Positions 28,779 through 39,305 of a stretch of 46,361 nucleotides of DNA are shown here, one piece after another. The notes below the pieces were generated by a model. That model saw only the letters and a list, made by a program, of their open reading frames with translations, was not told the DNA's origin and did not search any database. This stretch comes from Lachnospiraceae bacterium (GTDB lineage: Bacteria > Bacillota > Clostridia > Lachnospirales > Lachnospiraceae), in the NCBI GenBank assembly GCA_020859905.1, contig JAJBVI010000052.1, positions 1-46,361 on the forward strand, written 5' to 3'. A program made the position numbers and the translations under genes. Position 1 is the first letter of the stretch. Every line of letters starts with the position of its first letter.

Positions 28779-29759
28779 ATGCCGGGAAAAATCATAAAAA
28801 AGATACTGTGCATACTGATCCTGACAGTCGGAATCGCTGTTTTTGTTTACCCGGAAGCCGCCGCCCGGCGCTTTGACAGGGAGACAGAGACCGCCGTCAC
28901 GGCGTTTGAAACGGCGGCAGAGGAAGAGGCGAAGGATGCGGCGCGGGCAGAGGCGGAAGCCGGATCCGCAGCGGAAGACGGAGAAGAACGCGCGGCAGAA
29001 AGCGGCGGAGAAGACTCCGGCGGCGCGGACATCCTGATTTCGTCGGAGTCCCTGCGGGAGTCTGTACAGGCATATAATGCCGGGTTGTGGGAAACCAGGC
29101 AGGCGGATTACAGCGATGCCTGGGCAGTCGCGCAGGCACCTTCCATTGAGGGACTTGATGACGCCATGTTCGGGTACATTGAGATCCCCGCTATGGACAC
29201 GGAACTCCCGCTGTATATCGGGGCATCCGCGGCAAATCTGGCAAGGGGCGCGGCTGTGCTCGGCGCGACATCCCTCCCGGTCGGCGGCGAAAACACGAAC
29301 TGCATCATTGCCGCTCACCGGGGATACCGGGGCATTCCGTTCTTCCGTGATATCGAGAAGCTGTCTGTCGGGGATTCCGTGTATATCACAAATCCCTGGG
29401 GTACGCTCGGCTACCGGGTCGAGTCCGTCGACATCATAGATCCGACGGACTCGGACAAGGTGAAAATCCGGGAGGGCAGGGACATGGTGACACTCATGAC
29501 ATGCCACCCATACCGCTCCAATGGCCGGTACCGGTATGTCGTGTACTGCATACGCGACGACTCCGTACTCAGCGGGGACGCACGGCAGGGCGGGGCGGAA
29601 GCGGCGTATATCATGGCTTCTGACGGGACGGTGTATGAGGCGTCGCAGCCGGATATTGAAAAGGAAACCCTGTTCCGCCGCGTCTGCGCCGCGGCGCTTA
29701 TCCTTTTCTTTCTCATCTGCCTGCTCACAGGCAGACGCAGACACGGCAATCTTCACTGA
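28779..29759 (+). CDS. srtC: Class C sortase (second, divergent)
   Basis: Lid DAW, IAAHRG, TLMTCHPYRSNGRYR, C-terminal TM. Confidence 0.9.
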   Translation: MPGKIIKKILCILILTVGIAVFVYPEAAARRFDRETETAVTAFETAAEEEAKDAARAEAEAGSAAEDGEERAAESGGEDSGGADILISSESLRESVQAYNAGLWETRQADYSDAWAVAQAPSIEGLDDAMFGYIEIPAMDTELPLYIGASAANLARGAAVLGATSLPVGGENTNCIIAAHRGYRGIPFFRDIEKLSVGDSVYITNPWGTLGYRVESVDIIDPTDSDKVKIREGRDMVTLMTCHPYRSNGRYRYVVYCIRDDSVLSGDARQGGAEAAYIMASDGTVYEASQPDIEKETLFRRVCAAALILFFLICLLTGRRRHGNLH

Positions 29760-29866
29760 TGCTTTAACATAATGAATGAAAACTGCCTGCCCGCAGGCGG
29801 GCGCAGACGTAACAGGAGAGCAGCCCGCACCCATGTGCGGGGTACAAAACAATAAAGGAGGATTTT

Positions 29867-32800
29867 ATGAATAAGGCAAGACGGCCGGCGGCTTTGCTGC
29901 TGGCGGCAGTGCTTCTTCTCACATCTGTCATCACGGGATTCGCCGGGAATAGTGCAGATGCCGGGAACAGTGCAGATACCGGGAACAGCTCCGCGGGTTA
30001 TTCTGTCTCATTTTCCTGTGATGAGGACTGTGGGACGGTGGATATCCCAGGCGGCACTTCCCGGGTGCCGGGAGATACCGTGACATTCACGGTAACCCCG
30101 GATGACGACCATTACGCCTCGCAGGTGCAGAGCGCCCCGGAAGACCTGGAATGGGTAAAGGGCGGCACCGGCGACGCGCACGGCTCGCTCGAGCTGGGGG
30201 AGCCGGTGGAATATTCTTTCACCATGCCGGAGTCGGATGTTGAGATCTGGGCGGAGTTCGGCACCGCGGCCGCAGCGGACGCGGATGCCCTTGAGCCGGG
30301 GGACGCCAGTTTTAAAGGCTGGGCGGACCAGATCGCGGGGCTGCTGGAGAGCGGCATTGATATCGGCGCAGATATAGAAACAGATACAGAAACAGGAATT
30401 GCTGCGGGAACCGATACGGGAGCCAAAAGCGATATGGAAGCGGAAACCGGCACGGGATCATCTGCGGGAGCATCTGCGGCGCGGAAGGCATCCGCGGCGC
30501 TCGAGTCGTTCGCGTTAAGCTCAGGCCTCGTCGTGGAGGCGCAGGCGGCCGCGTCAGACTTGACCGTGACGCTGGAGTATTCGCGGTCGATCAGCTACAT
30601 GAGGTGGGAGACGCACGACTACCACCTGTCGGACAGCACGGTCGTGTTCTGCGCGGAGCCGTCAAAAGCGAGTCCCAGCCGGGGGACGTTCACGGCCGGC
30701 GTGTATGACAGCAGCCTGATGAGGGCGGCTCTGTACTTCGGCTGCGGCGGCCCGGCGGAAAGCAGCGGGTACGGCGTGTCGCATTACCTGTCCCAGCACG
30801 GTCAGGACGAGTCCCTGGCCTACGTCTGGACACACCTGCTGGTGTCCTATATATATGACGGCTGCTCGGACAGCTCCGACGCGTTCCGCGGGTGCAACGA
30901 CGAGACGATCCAGGGCGTGAAGGATCTGGTGTCGCAGCTTGGCAGCGCGGCGTCCATGGTGCCGGATGCCTTCACGGCCTACACGTTCAGCACGGGCTCG
31001 AGCTACCAGGCCATGGCGTTCGGCGTATATGAGCCGGGCATCACCGTCACGCTCCAGAAGTCGTCCGGCAATGTTTCCATATCGGGCGCAGGCAGCCTGT
31101 ATACGCTCGCCGGGGCGGTGTACGGGGTCTACTCCGACAGCGGCTGCACGAAGCTGGTGACGACCATGACGACGGATTCGAGCGGGTACGCCTCCGTTGA
31201 TATTTCCGAGGGCGGCACGTATTACGTGAAGGAGATATCCGCGTCCACCGGGTTTGACGTGGATGCGACCGTGCATGCCGTGACGGTTGAAAGCGGCGGC
31301 ACGGGGTCCGTGTCGTCGACCGAGGTGCCGAAGGTCGTCTACCTGGACATTTACAAGCATTCAAGCGACGAGGCCGTCTCTGAAGGGAACAGCAGCTATT
31401 CCCTGGAGGGTGCCGTGTACGGGGTTTATACGGACTCCGGCTGCACGGAGATGCTGACGACCCTGACGACGGACGGGGAAGGGAAGACGTTCAGCGGCGA
31501 CCTTGCGATCCGGGACTACTGGGTGAAGGAGATCACCCCGCCGCCCGGGTTCGCGCTCGACACGGCGGTGCATTACGTGAACGCCTCCAACACGTCCGTC
31601 CAGTCCGGGCAGCGCTACACCGTGGACTCTTACGAGACGCCGGTGTACGGGTACATCCATGTGTTAAAGAAATCGGAGGATGAGTCCGCCACCAGCGGGA
31701 ACGACAATTATTCCGTCAGGAATGCGATATTCGGGATCTACAGCTCCAGGTCCGATGCGGAGAATGACTCGCATGCCATCGAGTATATTTATACGGACCT
31801 GACCGGCGAGGCAGTATCCTCGCGGAAGTACGCAATAGGAACGTATTATGTGAAGGAGACCCCGGCAGGCGCGTCACAAGGCTACTGGATCGATGAGACG
31901 GTCTATGAAGCGGAGATCTCATCCGCCAGCACGCCGGGCACGGTATGCTATGCCGGCGGCGGCGACGTAATCTATGAGCCGCCGCAGAAGGGCTACATCC
32001 AGGTGTACAAGGAATCTGCGGACAGATCCGTTACGGACGGGAACAGCAATTATGACCTTTCCGGCGCGGAGTATACGGTTTATGATCCGGACGGCACAGC
32101 GGTCGGCGTGATTACGGTCAGCAGGAATGATGACGGGAATTACTCCGGAGTATCCGGGGAGCTTGCCCTCGGCACGTATACGGTGAAAAAGACAAAGGCG
32201 CCGCAGGGATACGAGCTTGACCCGAATGAGTATACCGTCAAGATCACAGAGTGGGCGATGTTCTCCCAGCAGGGCGTGGATCTTTACAATAAAGTCCCGC
32301 TGGGCTATGAGGTGGACTCCGCGGATGAGCCCTGGACGGTCTGCCTTGCCGTGCAGAAGTCCATCGACTATGACGCGTTCACCTTCGAGCCGACGCGCGG
32401 GTTCGATGCGAGCTCGCTCATATCGCGCGTCGATGAGAGCAGCGCGTATTCCCTGGAAGGGGCGGAATACTGCATCTACGGGAGCTACGAGGGCACCCTG
32501 AACGAAGACGGGTCCGAGTTCATCGCAAAAATCACGACGGATGAGGACGGCTACGGGCAGACGGACGTCACCGTGCCCATGGGCACCTACTACATCAAGG
32601 AGACGAAGGCGCCGGAAGGCCTCGCGCCGGACACGGACGGCGGCCCGTACGGGAACGGCATCTACGAGCTGGATGCAAACTATGGAGACCCTGTCACCTG
32701 CGACCAGCAGGTCATCGAGCTGCCCCATGAGGAGGAGCCGGATACCGGCGGGGTCGAGGTGTATAAAAAGTCGAAAGAGCAGTCTCTCGTGGACACATAC

Positions 32801-35800
32801 CCGGAGTACTATTCCCTCGAAGGCGCGGAATACACCGTGTACTTCGACGACGGTCTCAACATGGTCGCGGGCACGATCACGACCGATGAGGACGGGTACG
32901 GGTACCTGGGCGGTCTGATCCTCGGGCTCACGTATTACGTGAAGGAGACCAAGGCGCCGGCGGTCGCGCTGGACATCGACGGGGTGGCTGTCGATACGGC
33001 GATGTACGAGCTCGACGGGACGGTCTATGAAGTCACGCCCGGCGGATCCCAGGCAACCGTGCCGGTCACCAGCTTGGAGGAGCCGGTCTACCGGACGCTC
33101 TATGTGTACAAAGGCCCCCTGCAGATGCTGGAGACGGGCTGCGAGTTCACCCTGCACATCCCTGCCGCGGCGACCAAAGTGGTGTTTACGAACTCAAAGA
33201 CGATCCCGGAGTACACCGAGTCCAATTACAGGACCGACGTGTCCTACGCGAAGAACGAGGGCATCATAGGCTGGCTGGAAGGCGATGCCTGGTACGTGCA
33301 GGCGGCGGACGGCGGCACGGTCTATTTCAACTATGACAGCAGCCAGATGTTCCAGGAGAACGGGTATTACACCACGGACGCAAATTCTTTCGGCCACCAT
33401 ATCGAATCCGTCGACTTCGGGGAAGGCGTCATCGACACGTCCTACACGACGGACATGTCATATATGTTCTACCATGACATCAGCCTCACCTCGATCACGG
33501 GGCTGTCGGAGTTCGACACGTCCAATGTTACGGACATGTCATGCATGTTCACCGCGGCGTGTACGCTCACGGAAATCGACCTGACCGGATGGGACACGTC
33601 CGGCGTGACGTCCATGCTCGACATGTTCGCGCACTGCCGGGACCTGGAAACCATCACGGTCGACGGCGGGTTCGACACATCCGGCGTGACGGCATTCAAT
33701 AACATGTTCGCGTACACGAACATGGACAATGACATGTACCAGTACATGGCGGACAACATCGAGCTCAATACGTCCGGCGTGACAACCATCAGCGAGATGT
33801 TCATGCAGGGCGTGTCGGAGCGTTCCGGCTATGAGAGCGGATACACTCTGACTTCGATAAACCTCTCGTCCTGGGACCTGGGCAGCGTCACGTCGAGCAT
33901 CAGCATGGCCGGCCTGTTCAACGGCTGCCGCAGCCTTGAATACGTTGCCGGACTCGCTGTGCCCGCAGCGGCAGCATCCGCAGCCTACATGTTCCAGGAC
34001 TGCTGCGCGCTGGGGTACAGCCCGTACATCACGACGGTCCGCTTCCTCTCCGAAAGCAGCACGCTGACCTATACGGACATGTTCGCGGGCGAGACGGATA
34101 CCTACTGCTCAAAAACCGCGTACGAGAACAACAGCAGCGGGTTCTACGACGAGAGCGTGGTGCTTTCCTGCACGACGAGCGCCCAGGCGGACGTCGCGAA
34201 GCTGTGCGTGGGGACGGCATACGACACCGTGAAGAACAGCATCATCGTATATACGTTAAACGGGGCCGTGCAGACGGCGTCCCTGGACGCCGCGGGAGGC
34301 ACCGCGGCATCCGGCATCGGGATCAGCCTGGTGTTGTCTGCTGCGCCGGCAGCATCCTCTGATGCCGCGGGGAGTACCGTGCCGGCAGCATCCTCTCGTA
34401 CCGCGGGGAGCGCCGCGCCGGCAGCATCCTCTGAAACAGGCGGAAGCTTTACGTCGGCAGTCTTCCCAGGCTTCCGTCTGACGGGTCTTAGCGTGTCAGT
34501 GAAGGATACGTTCACGTCGGCAGCCAGGTTCCTGGCATCTGCGGCTGATGCGGCGGCATCTGTGGCAGGGGAAGGGGATGCCGACGGCATCTGCGTGTCC
34601 GCCATCGGTATAAACATGATGTCGCTTGCGGAATCGCTCGCGGAACAGGCGGGGCTTTTGGCCGTGGCGCGGGCGGAGACGGATGAGGATTCCTACCCGA
34701 ACCTGTGCGATGCCGTGTACAGCGCGTACATGTCGGCGGACTTCTCCGATGAGTCGCACTGGGCGGACTTTGATTTCGATTACCTCAAGGACAACGACGA
34801 CGATTCGCAGACGGCGGTCTACGTGCTGCACAACGTGCCCTACGGCCTTGCGCTGTACGTGAAGGAGACCCGGCCCGCGTCCGGCTACGGTCTGGACGAG
34901 GATACCTGGGAGTTCGGCGCGGAGACCCGCTCCGGCACCGGCGCGACATCGTACGACCCGCCGATACCGCCGGAAGAGAATCCCGTCTACATCTCCATGC
35001 GGAAGACGCTGGACACGGACGCGGACGTTGACCTGTCGGAAGGGTCGCCGTATTCGATGAAAGACATCAAGTACATCGTGTATACGGACGCTGCCTGCAC
35101 ACAGCAGCTGTACTGGGACAAAGATAAGGACGGCACCGCCGAGGAGCCGGCTGTCCTGACGCTGACGGCGACCGGAGTATCCGACACGGTCGGTCCGGTG
35201 GATATCGGCGACGCGGAAAGCATGACGTACTATATCAGGGAAGATGCTGATTCGCTTACAGAAACAAGGAAAAATGGAAATGCTGCTGCCCTGGTTCTTG
35301 ACGAGACCGTATACAGCCTCACCGCCGTTGCGGGCGAGAAGACCACGCTGTACTTCGAGGTGGAGGACGATGTCGTGCTCGGCAGCGTTGACATCAGCAA
35401 GACGTCCGGCGACTCTTCCGCCACGCCCGGCACGGGCAGCGGGTACAGCTATGAGGGCGCAGGGTTCAAGATCTACACGGGCTGCTCAGGCTCTGCACTC
35501 ACAGGCCTTTATGCTGCGGTCTACACGGATTCCGCGGCAACCGCCGCCTGCACGGACATGCCGGCCGGGACTTACTACATCCAGGAGTTCCAGGCGCCGC
35601 CCGGGTACGAGCTGAACGATACGATCTTCCGCGCGGAGATCACGGTTGCGGACGGGACGGCCGTAACGACATACTATAAGGGCGTAAACGGGACAACGGC
35701 ACTGTCAACGGTAACACTGGCTGTGGAGGATGATCCGGAATACGGCACGGTGGAGATCTATAAGTCCGTGGACACGTCCGGGGTGCTGCAGCCGGAGCTG

Positions 35801-37579
35801 TACAGCCCGGAGGACGCGGAGTTTACGATTTATTCTAATTCCCTGTGCACGAACGAGGTCACAACGCTCACGACCGATGAATACGGACATGCCGGCTGGA
35901 CCGGGCTGGTGCTCGGCAGGACCTACTACGTAAAAGAGACAGGCGCACCCGCGGGCTGCACCCTGAATACCACGAAGTTCACGGCGTCGACAACATCGTC
36001 CAGCCTGACATACCGGTTGGATGTGTCGAACAGTCCGGACACGCGCCCGCTCACGATCAGCAAGTCGTCATCCGACACTGCGGCCGGCAGCGCGTACACA
36101 TTTGAGGGCATCACGTACGGGGTTTATTCAGACGCGGACTGTACGGATCTCCTGGCGGAGGTTGAGCTGGATGCGGACGGCACCGGCACGCTGGAAGGTC
36201 TGGATGCCTCATCCACGTACTACGTAAAAGAGATTGAAACGAACGGCTATTTCGAACTGTCCGATGAGGTCTGCACCGTGGACATGACAGAGTCCGGCTC
36301 CGCCGGCTGCACACTGCCCGTGTCCGACGCGCCCAAGTACGGGAGCCTGCGGATCTACAAGAACTCTGCCAACACGTCCGTCACGTACGGCAACAGCATG
36401 TATTCCCTGGAGGGCGCGGTGTTCGGCGTCTACACGAGTAAAGCATGCACGTCCGGCTCCCAGGCGGGCACGCTTACCATCGGCAGTGACCAGTTCTCGG
36501 ATTACCTCGAGGATCTGGCGTTCGGTACCTACTATGTGAAGGAACTCACAGCCCCGGAAGGCTTCATCAGGGACACAACCGTCTATGAGGCGGAGGTTGC
36601 CCCTGATGCGGCCGGGGAAACCGATGTGACATACCGGATATCCAATACCCCGGCGTACTCCTCTCTGGCGCTCACAGTCAATAAGGAGGCAAGCGTCAAC
36701 GTCGGCTCCCTGGAGGGGACGCAGTTCACCGTCTGCTATTATGACGGCCAGTACGGTTCCCTGGATGATCTGGACGGCGTAACACATACGCGGCAGTGGG
36801 TCATCGAGGTTCAGGATGACGGGAACGGGAACTATGCGGCGGTACTCGACGACGCCCACCTGCTGGAGGGCGCACTGTACTATGACGCGGACGGCAATGC
36901 CGTGATCCCGCTCGGCACCATCGTCATCAAAGAGACCAGTGCGGCGGACGGTTACTCCGCAAACGGCTCCTGGTATGACTCCGGCGGCAACGAGCTGGCC
37001 GGGGCGGAGGACGCCATGATCATCAACATAACGCAGGAATCCGCCGGGAGCCTGGCTTCCTTAAGCGCGGACAACGTGCTGACAAAGGATGACTACGCAT
37101 ACTGCGGGCTTACAATTGTGAAAGAAAACGCCGACGGCATCCGGCTCGGAAACGTGTCCTATGACCTGTACCTTCTGGATGAAGAAACCGGCGGGTACGA
37201 ATACCAGAGCACGCGGATCACGAACGGCTCCGGCGAAGCGGTCTGGGAGAACCTTGAGTTCGGTTCCTACCGTGTCAGGGAGACATCCACACAGGCGGGC
37301 TATACGCTCTTAAACAGCCCGATCGATGTGGTGCTTCCATACAGTGTCACTGTTACAGACGCGGCATCCGCGGGTATCGACCTCGAAGGCGCGTATCTGA
37401 GCAATGACGGTACATCCTACAGCTTTATCGACCTGACCTATACCGTCACGGACGGCAGTTCCTTTAGCTTCCCGAAGGCCGGCAGCGCGGCATGGCCCAT
37501 CGCCGGCGGCATCGGTCTGGCGGCAGTCGCAGCGGCATTATCCGTATTCCTGCGGCGCAGGAAAACAAACGGGCAGTAA
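29867..37579 (+). CDS. 2570-aa sortase-anchored adhesin/tip pilin: thioester-like domain, many SpaA/Cna-B repeats, BspA-type LRR block
   Basis: Signal peptide; VFCAEP. Repeated K...LxGAxY...YYVKExxAPxG[FY] units. FDTSNVTDMSxMF repeats. FPKAG plus TM plus RRRK. Confidence 0.88.
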   Translation: MNKARRPAALLLAAVLLLTSVITGFAGNSADAGNSADTGNSSAGYSVSFSCDEDCGTVDIPGGTSRVPGDTVTFTVTPDDDHYASQVQSAPEDLEWVKGGTGDAHGSLELGEPVEYSFTMPESDVEIWAEFGTAAAADADALEPGDASFKGWADQIAGLLESGIDIGADIETDTETGIAAGTDTGAKSDMEAETGTGSSAGASAARKASAALESFALSSGLVVEAQAAASDLTVTLEYSRSISYMRWETHDYHLSDSTVVFCAEPSKASPSRGTFTAGVYDSSLMRAALYFGCGGPAESSGYGVSHYLSQHGQDESLAYVWTHLLVSYIYDGCSDSSDAFRGCNDETIQGVKDLVSQLGSAASMVPDAFTAYTFSTGSSYQAMAFGVYEPGITVTLQKSSGNVSISGAGSLYTLAGAVYGVYSDSGCTKLVTTMTTDSSGYASVDISEGGTYYVKEISASTGFDVDATVHAVTVESGGTGSVSSTEVPKVVYLDIYKHSSDEAVSEGNSSYSLEGAVYGVYTDSGCTEMLTTLTTDGEGKTFSGDLAIRDYWVKEITPPPGFALDTAVHYVNASNTSVQSGQRYTVDSYETPVYGYIHVLKKSEDESATSGNDNYSVRNAIFGIYSSRSDAENDSHAIEYIYTDLTGEAVSSRKYAIGTYYVKETPAGASQGYWIDETVYEAEISSASTPGTVCYAGGGDVIYEPPQKGYIQVYKESADRSVTDGNSNYDLSGAEYTVYDPDGTAVGVITVSRNDDGNYSGVSGELALGTYTVKKTKAPQGYELDPNEYTVKITEWAMFSQQGVDLYNKVPLGYEVDSADEPWTVCLAVQKSIDYDAFTFEPTRGFDASSLISRVDESSAYSLEGAEYCIYGSYEGTLNEDGSEFIAKITTDEDGYGQTDVTVPMGTYYIKETKAPEGLAPDTDGGPYGNGIYELDANYGDPVTCDQQVIELPHEEEPDTGGVEVYKKSKEQSLVDTYPEYYSLEGAEYTVYFDDGLNMVAGTITTDEDGYGYLGGLILGLTYYVKETKAPAVALDIDGVAVDTAMYELDGTVYEVTPGGSQATVPVTSLEEPVYRTLYVYKGPLQMLETGCEFTLHIPAAATKVVFTNSKTIPEYTESNYRTDVSYAKNEGIIGWLEGDAWYVQAADGGTVYFNYDSSQMFQENGYYTTDANSFGHHIESVDFGEGVIDTSYTTDMSYMFYHDISLTSITGLSEFDTSNVTDMSCMFTAACTLTEIDLTGWDTSGVTSMLDMFAHCRDLETITVDGGFDTSGVTAFNNMFAYTNMDNDMYQYMADNIELNTSGVTTISEMFMQGVSERSGYESGYTLTSINLSSWDLGSVTSSISMAGLFNGCRSLEYVAGLAVPAAAASAAYMFQDCCALGYSPYITTVRFLSESSTLTYTDMFAGETDTYCSKTAYENNSSGFYDESVVLSCTTSAQADVAKLCVGTAYDTVKNSIIVYTLNGAVQTASLDAAGGTAASGIGISLVLSAAPAASSDAAGSTVPAASSRTAGSAAPAASSETGGSFTSAVFPGFRLTGLSVSVKDTFTSAARFLASAADAAASVAGEGDADGICVSAIGINMMSLAESLAEQAGLLAVARAETDEDSYPNLCDAVYSAYMSADFSDESHWADFDFDYLKDNDDDSQTAVYVLHNVPYGLALYVKETRPASGYGLDEDTWEFGAETRSGTGATSYDPPIPPEENPVYISMRKTLDTDADVDLSEGSPYSMKDIKYIVYTDAACTQQLYWDKDKDGTAEEPAVLTLTATGVSDTVGPVDIGDAESMTYYIREDADSLTETRKNGNAAALVLDETVYSLTAVAGEKTTLYFEVEDDVVLGSVDISKTSGDSSATPGTGSGYSYEGAGFKIYTGCSGSALTGLYAAVYTDSAATAACTDMPAGTYYIQEFQAPPGYELNDTIFRAEITVADGTAVTTYYKGVNGTTALSTVTLAVEDDPEYGTVEIYKSVDTSGVLQPELYSPEDAEFTIYSNSLCTNEVTTLTTDEYGHAGWTGLVLGRTYYVKETGAPAGCTLNTTKFTASTTSSSLTYRLDVSNSPDTRPLTISKSSSDTAAGSAYTFEGITYGVYSDADCTDLLAEVELDADGTGTLEGLDASSTYYVKEIETNGYFELSDEVCTVDMTESGSAGCTLPVSDAPKYGSLRIYKNSANTSVTYGNSMYSLEGAVFGVYTSKACTSGSQAGTLTIGSDQFSDYLEDLAFGTYYVKELTAPEGFIRDTTVYEAEVAPDAAGETDVTYRISNTPAYSSLALTVNKEASVNVGSLEGTQFTVCYYDGQYGSLDDLDGVTHTRQWVIEVQDDGNGNYAAVLDDAHLLEGALYYDADGNAVIPLGTIVIKETSAADGYSANGSWYDSGGNELAGAEDAMIINITQESAGSLASLSADNVLTKDDYAYCGLTIVKENADGIRLGNVSYDLYLLDEETGGYEYQSTRITNGSGEAVWENLEFGSYRVRETSTQAGYTLLNSPIDVVLPYSVTVTDAASAGIDLEGAYLSNDGTSYSFIDLTYTVTDGSSFSFPKAGSAAWPIAGGIGLAAVAAALSVFLRRRKTNGQ

Positions 37580-37592
37580 TACAAGAAAGGGG

Positions 37593-37652
37593 GACAAAAA
37601 GAGGGAGCGGCATAGCCGTCCCCCTTTTTGTCTGCGGGGAGCGTTCCCCGCA
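37593..37652. terminator. Two hairpins between the convergent adhesin and tRNA genes
   Basis: GACAAAAAGAGGGA...TCCCCTTTTTGTC and TGCGGGGA-GCGT-TCCCCGCA. Confidence 0.65.
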
Positions 37653-37674
37653 GGATTGGACTCACAGAATGGAA

Positions 37675-37747
37675 TGGAGCATACGGGACTTGAACCCGTG
37701 ACCTCCACACTGCCAGTGTGGCGCGCTCCCAGCTGCGCTAATGCCCC
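37675..37747 (-). tRNA. tRNA-Ala(GGC), CCA not encoded
   Basis: GGGGCAT acceptor with G3:U70, anticodon arm CCACA-CTGGCAG-TGTGG, T-loop GGTTCAAGTCC. Confidence 0.97.
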
Positions 37748-37894
37748 GTGAACTCTACTATAACACAAAATAAACAGGAAGGGAAGAATAATTTATTTTT
37801 TTCTTCCCTTTTTTCAGGTATAAAATCTGTCTCTTTTCCGGTTCGAGTACATCGAAAAATAATATGTACATGCCGCACTGCCCGATGCGCAGAT

Positions 37895-39274
37895 TTACGT
37901 TCTGTCTTCCCGCGTCAGTTTTTTGATCCACTTATACGACCGGAAGTGCAGAAATACCGGCACGCATTTGAAGAACTGATCCGACTGGATCACGAGTACG
38001 ACGAGGATGACCGGCAGCTTCCACCAGAACGCCGCCATGAAAGACAGCGGCATAACGATGCACCAGGTGCTGATCATATTCATTTTCATGATGAACGGCG
38101 TATCGCCGCCCCCCTGCATGATGCCGAAGCTGACCGGCATCTGATAGGACATGAACATCATGACGATGCCGAGGAGCAGGATCATCTGGATGGCGAGCGA
38201 GGTAGCCGTATCGTTCAGCGCGTACAGGCTCAGAAGCGGTCTGCGCAGCGCGATCAGCGCCAGCCCGAGGAACACGCCGATCACAATATCGATGAGGGTC
38301 ATGGAGCGGGCTTCGGACTTGATCTGGCGCATATCCCCGCGTCCGATGGTGTTGCCGATGAGCGCCGCGGATGTGGCGGACATGGCGAGCACGATAACCT
38401 TGAGATACTGATAGAAGGTCGTCGACACCGAGTTGGCCGCGATGGCGTCGGCGGAGAGATGTCCGAGGATGGCTGTCTGCATCGGTACGGACACGCCCCA
38501 GAGTACCTGTGCGCACATGGCGGGCAGGTATACCTTTGTATAGTCGTGCTTTAGCTCGCGGTCATATTTCCAGATATCCTTATGTATCAGGTGCAGCTTT
38601 TTATCTGCTTTGAGCAGATAGATCAGGATGATCACGAACTCCAGGCCGCGGGCAATCAGCGTGCCGATGGCAGCACCGCGGATGCCCATCTCCGGAAAAC
38701 CGAACCTTCCGAAGATCAGGACGTAGTTAATGCCCACATTTACAATGAGGGATACAATCGATATATAAAACGAAATCTTTACCGTGCCGACGGCGCGCAG
38801 CACGGCCATCAGCACATAAGTGACGATGTACAGCGCGAAGGACCACATGACGAGCATCAGGTAGGACTTGCCCTCGGCGATGATCTCAGGCGACGTGGTG
38901 AAGATCCGAAGCACGAGCTCCGGGAAACAGCCGCAGATGAACAGGATGCATGCCGCGACAATGAGGCTGAGCTTCAGCGAGATGCCGGTCAGCGTGCGGA
39001 TCGGGCCGATCTTCTCCTTGCCCCAGTACTGGGAGGCCAGGGCGACCAGCGTGTTGCCGATGGAGAGCGCAAACTGCTGCACCATAAAGAAAATCTGGTT
39101 CACCGTTGCCGCGCCGGAAAGCGCCTCCTGGCTGTAGCTGCCCAGCATGATATTGTCCGCCATGTTCACACTGTAGGCGATCACGTTCTGCAGTGCGACA
39201 AAAATCAGCATGCGGAAAAGGGTTTTATAAAAATCTCTGTCCTTTGAAAAAAAAGATTCTTTTACAGCTTCCAT
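37895..39274 (-). CDS. MATE family efflux transporter
   Basis: 12-TM pattern; DNIMLG, SQYWG, LIFGRFGFPEMGIRGAAIGT. Confidence 0.93.
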   Translation of the reverse strand: MEAVKESFFSKDRDFYKTLFRMLIFVALQNVIAYSVNMADNIMLGSYSQEALSGAATVNQIFFMVQQFALSIGNTLVALASQYWGKEKIGPIRTLTGISLKLSLIVAACILFICGCFPELVLRIFTTSPEIIAEGKSYLMLVMWSFALYIVTYVLMAVLRAVGTVKISFYISIVSLIVNVGINYVLIFGRFGFPEMGIRGAAIGTLIARGLEFVIILIYLLKADKKLHLIHKDIWKYDRELKHDYTKVYLPAMCAQVLWGVSVPMQTAILGHLSADAIAANSVSTTFYQYLKVIVLAMSATSAALIGNTIGRGDMRQIKSEARSMTLIDIVIGVFLGLALIALRRPLLSLYALNDTATSLAIQMILLLGIVMMFMSYQMPVSFGIMQGGGDTPFIMKMNMISTWCIVMPLSFMAAFWWKLPVILVVLVIQSDQFFKCVPVFLHFRSYKWIKKLTREDRT

Positions 39275-39305
39275 TTTATGAAATCTCCGCTCATTAGATC
39301 ATAAA

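Noticed and set aside
29867-37579. Diversity-generating retroelement or shufflon acting on the adhesin
   Set aside because: No RT, recombinase, template/variable repeat pair or inverted cassettes seen.
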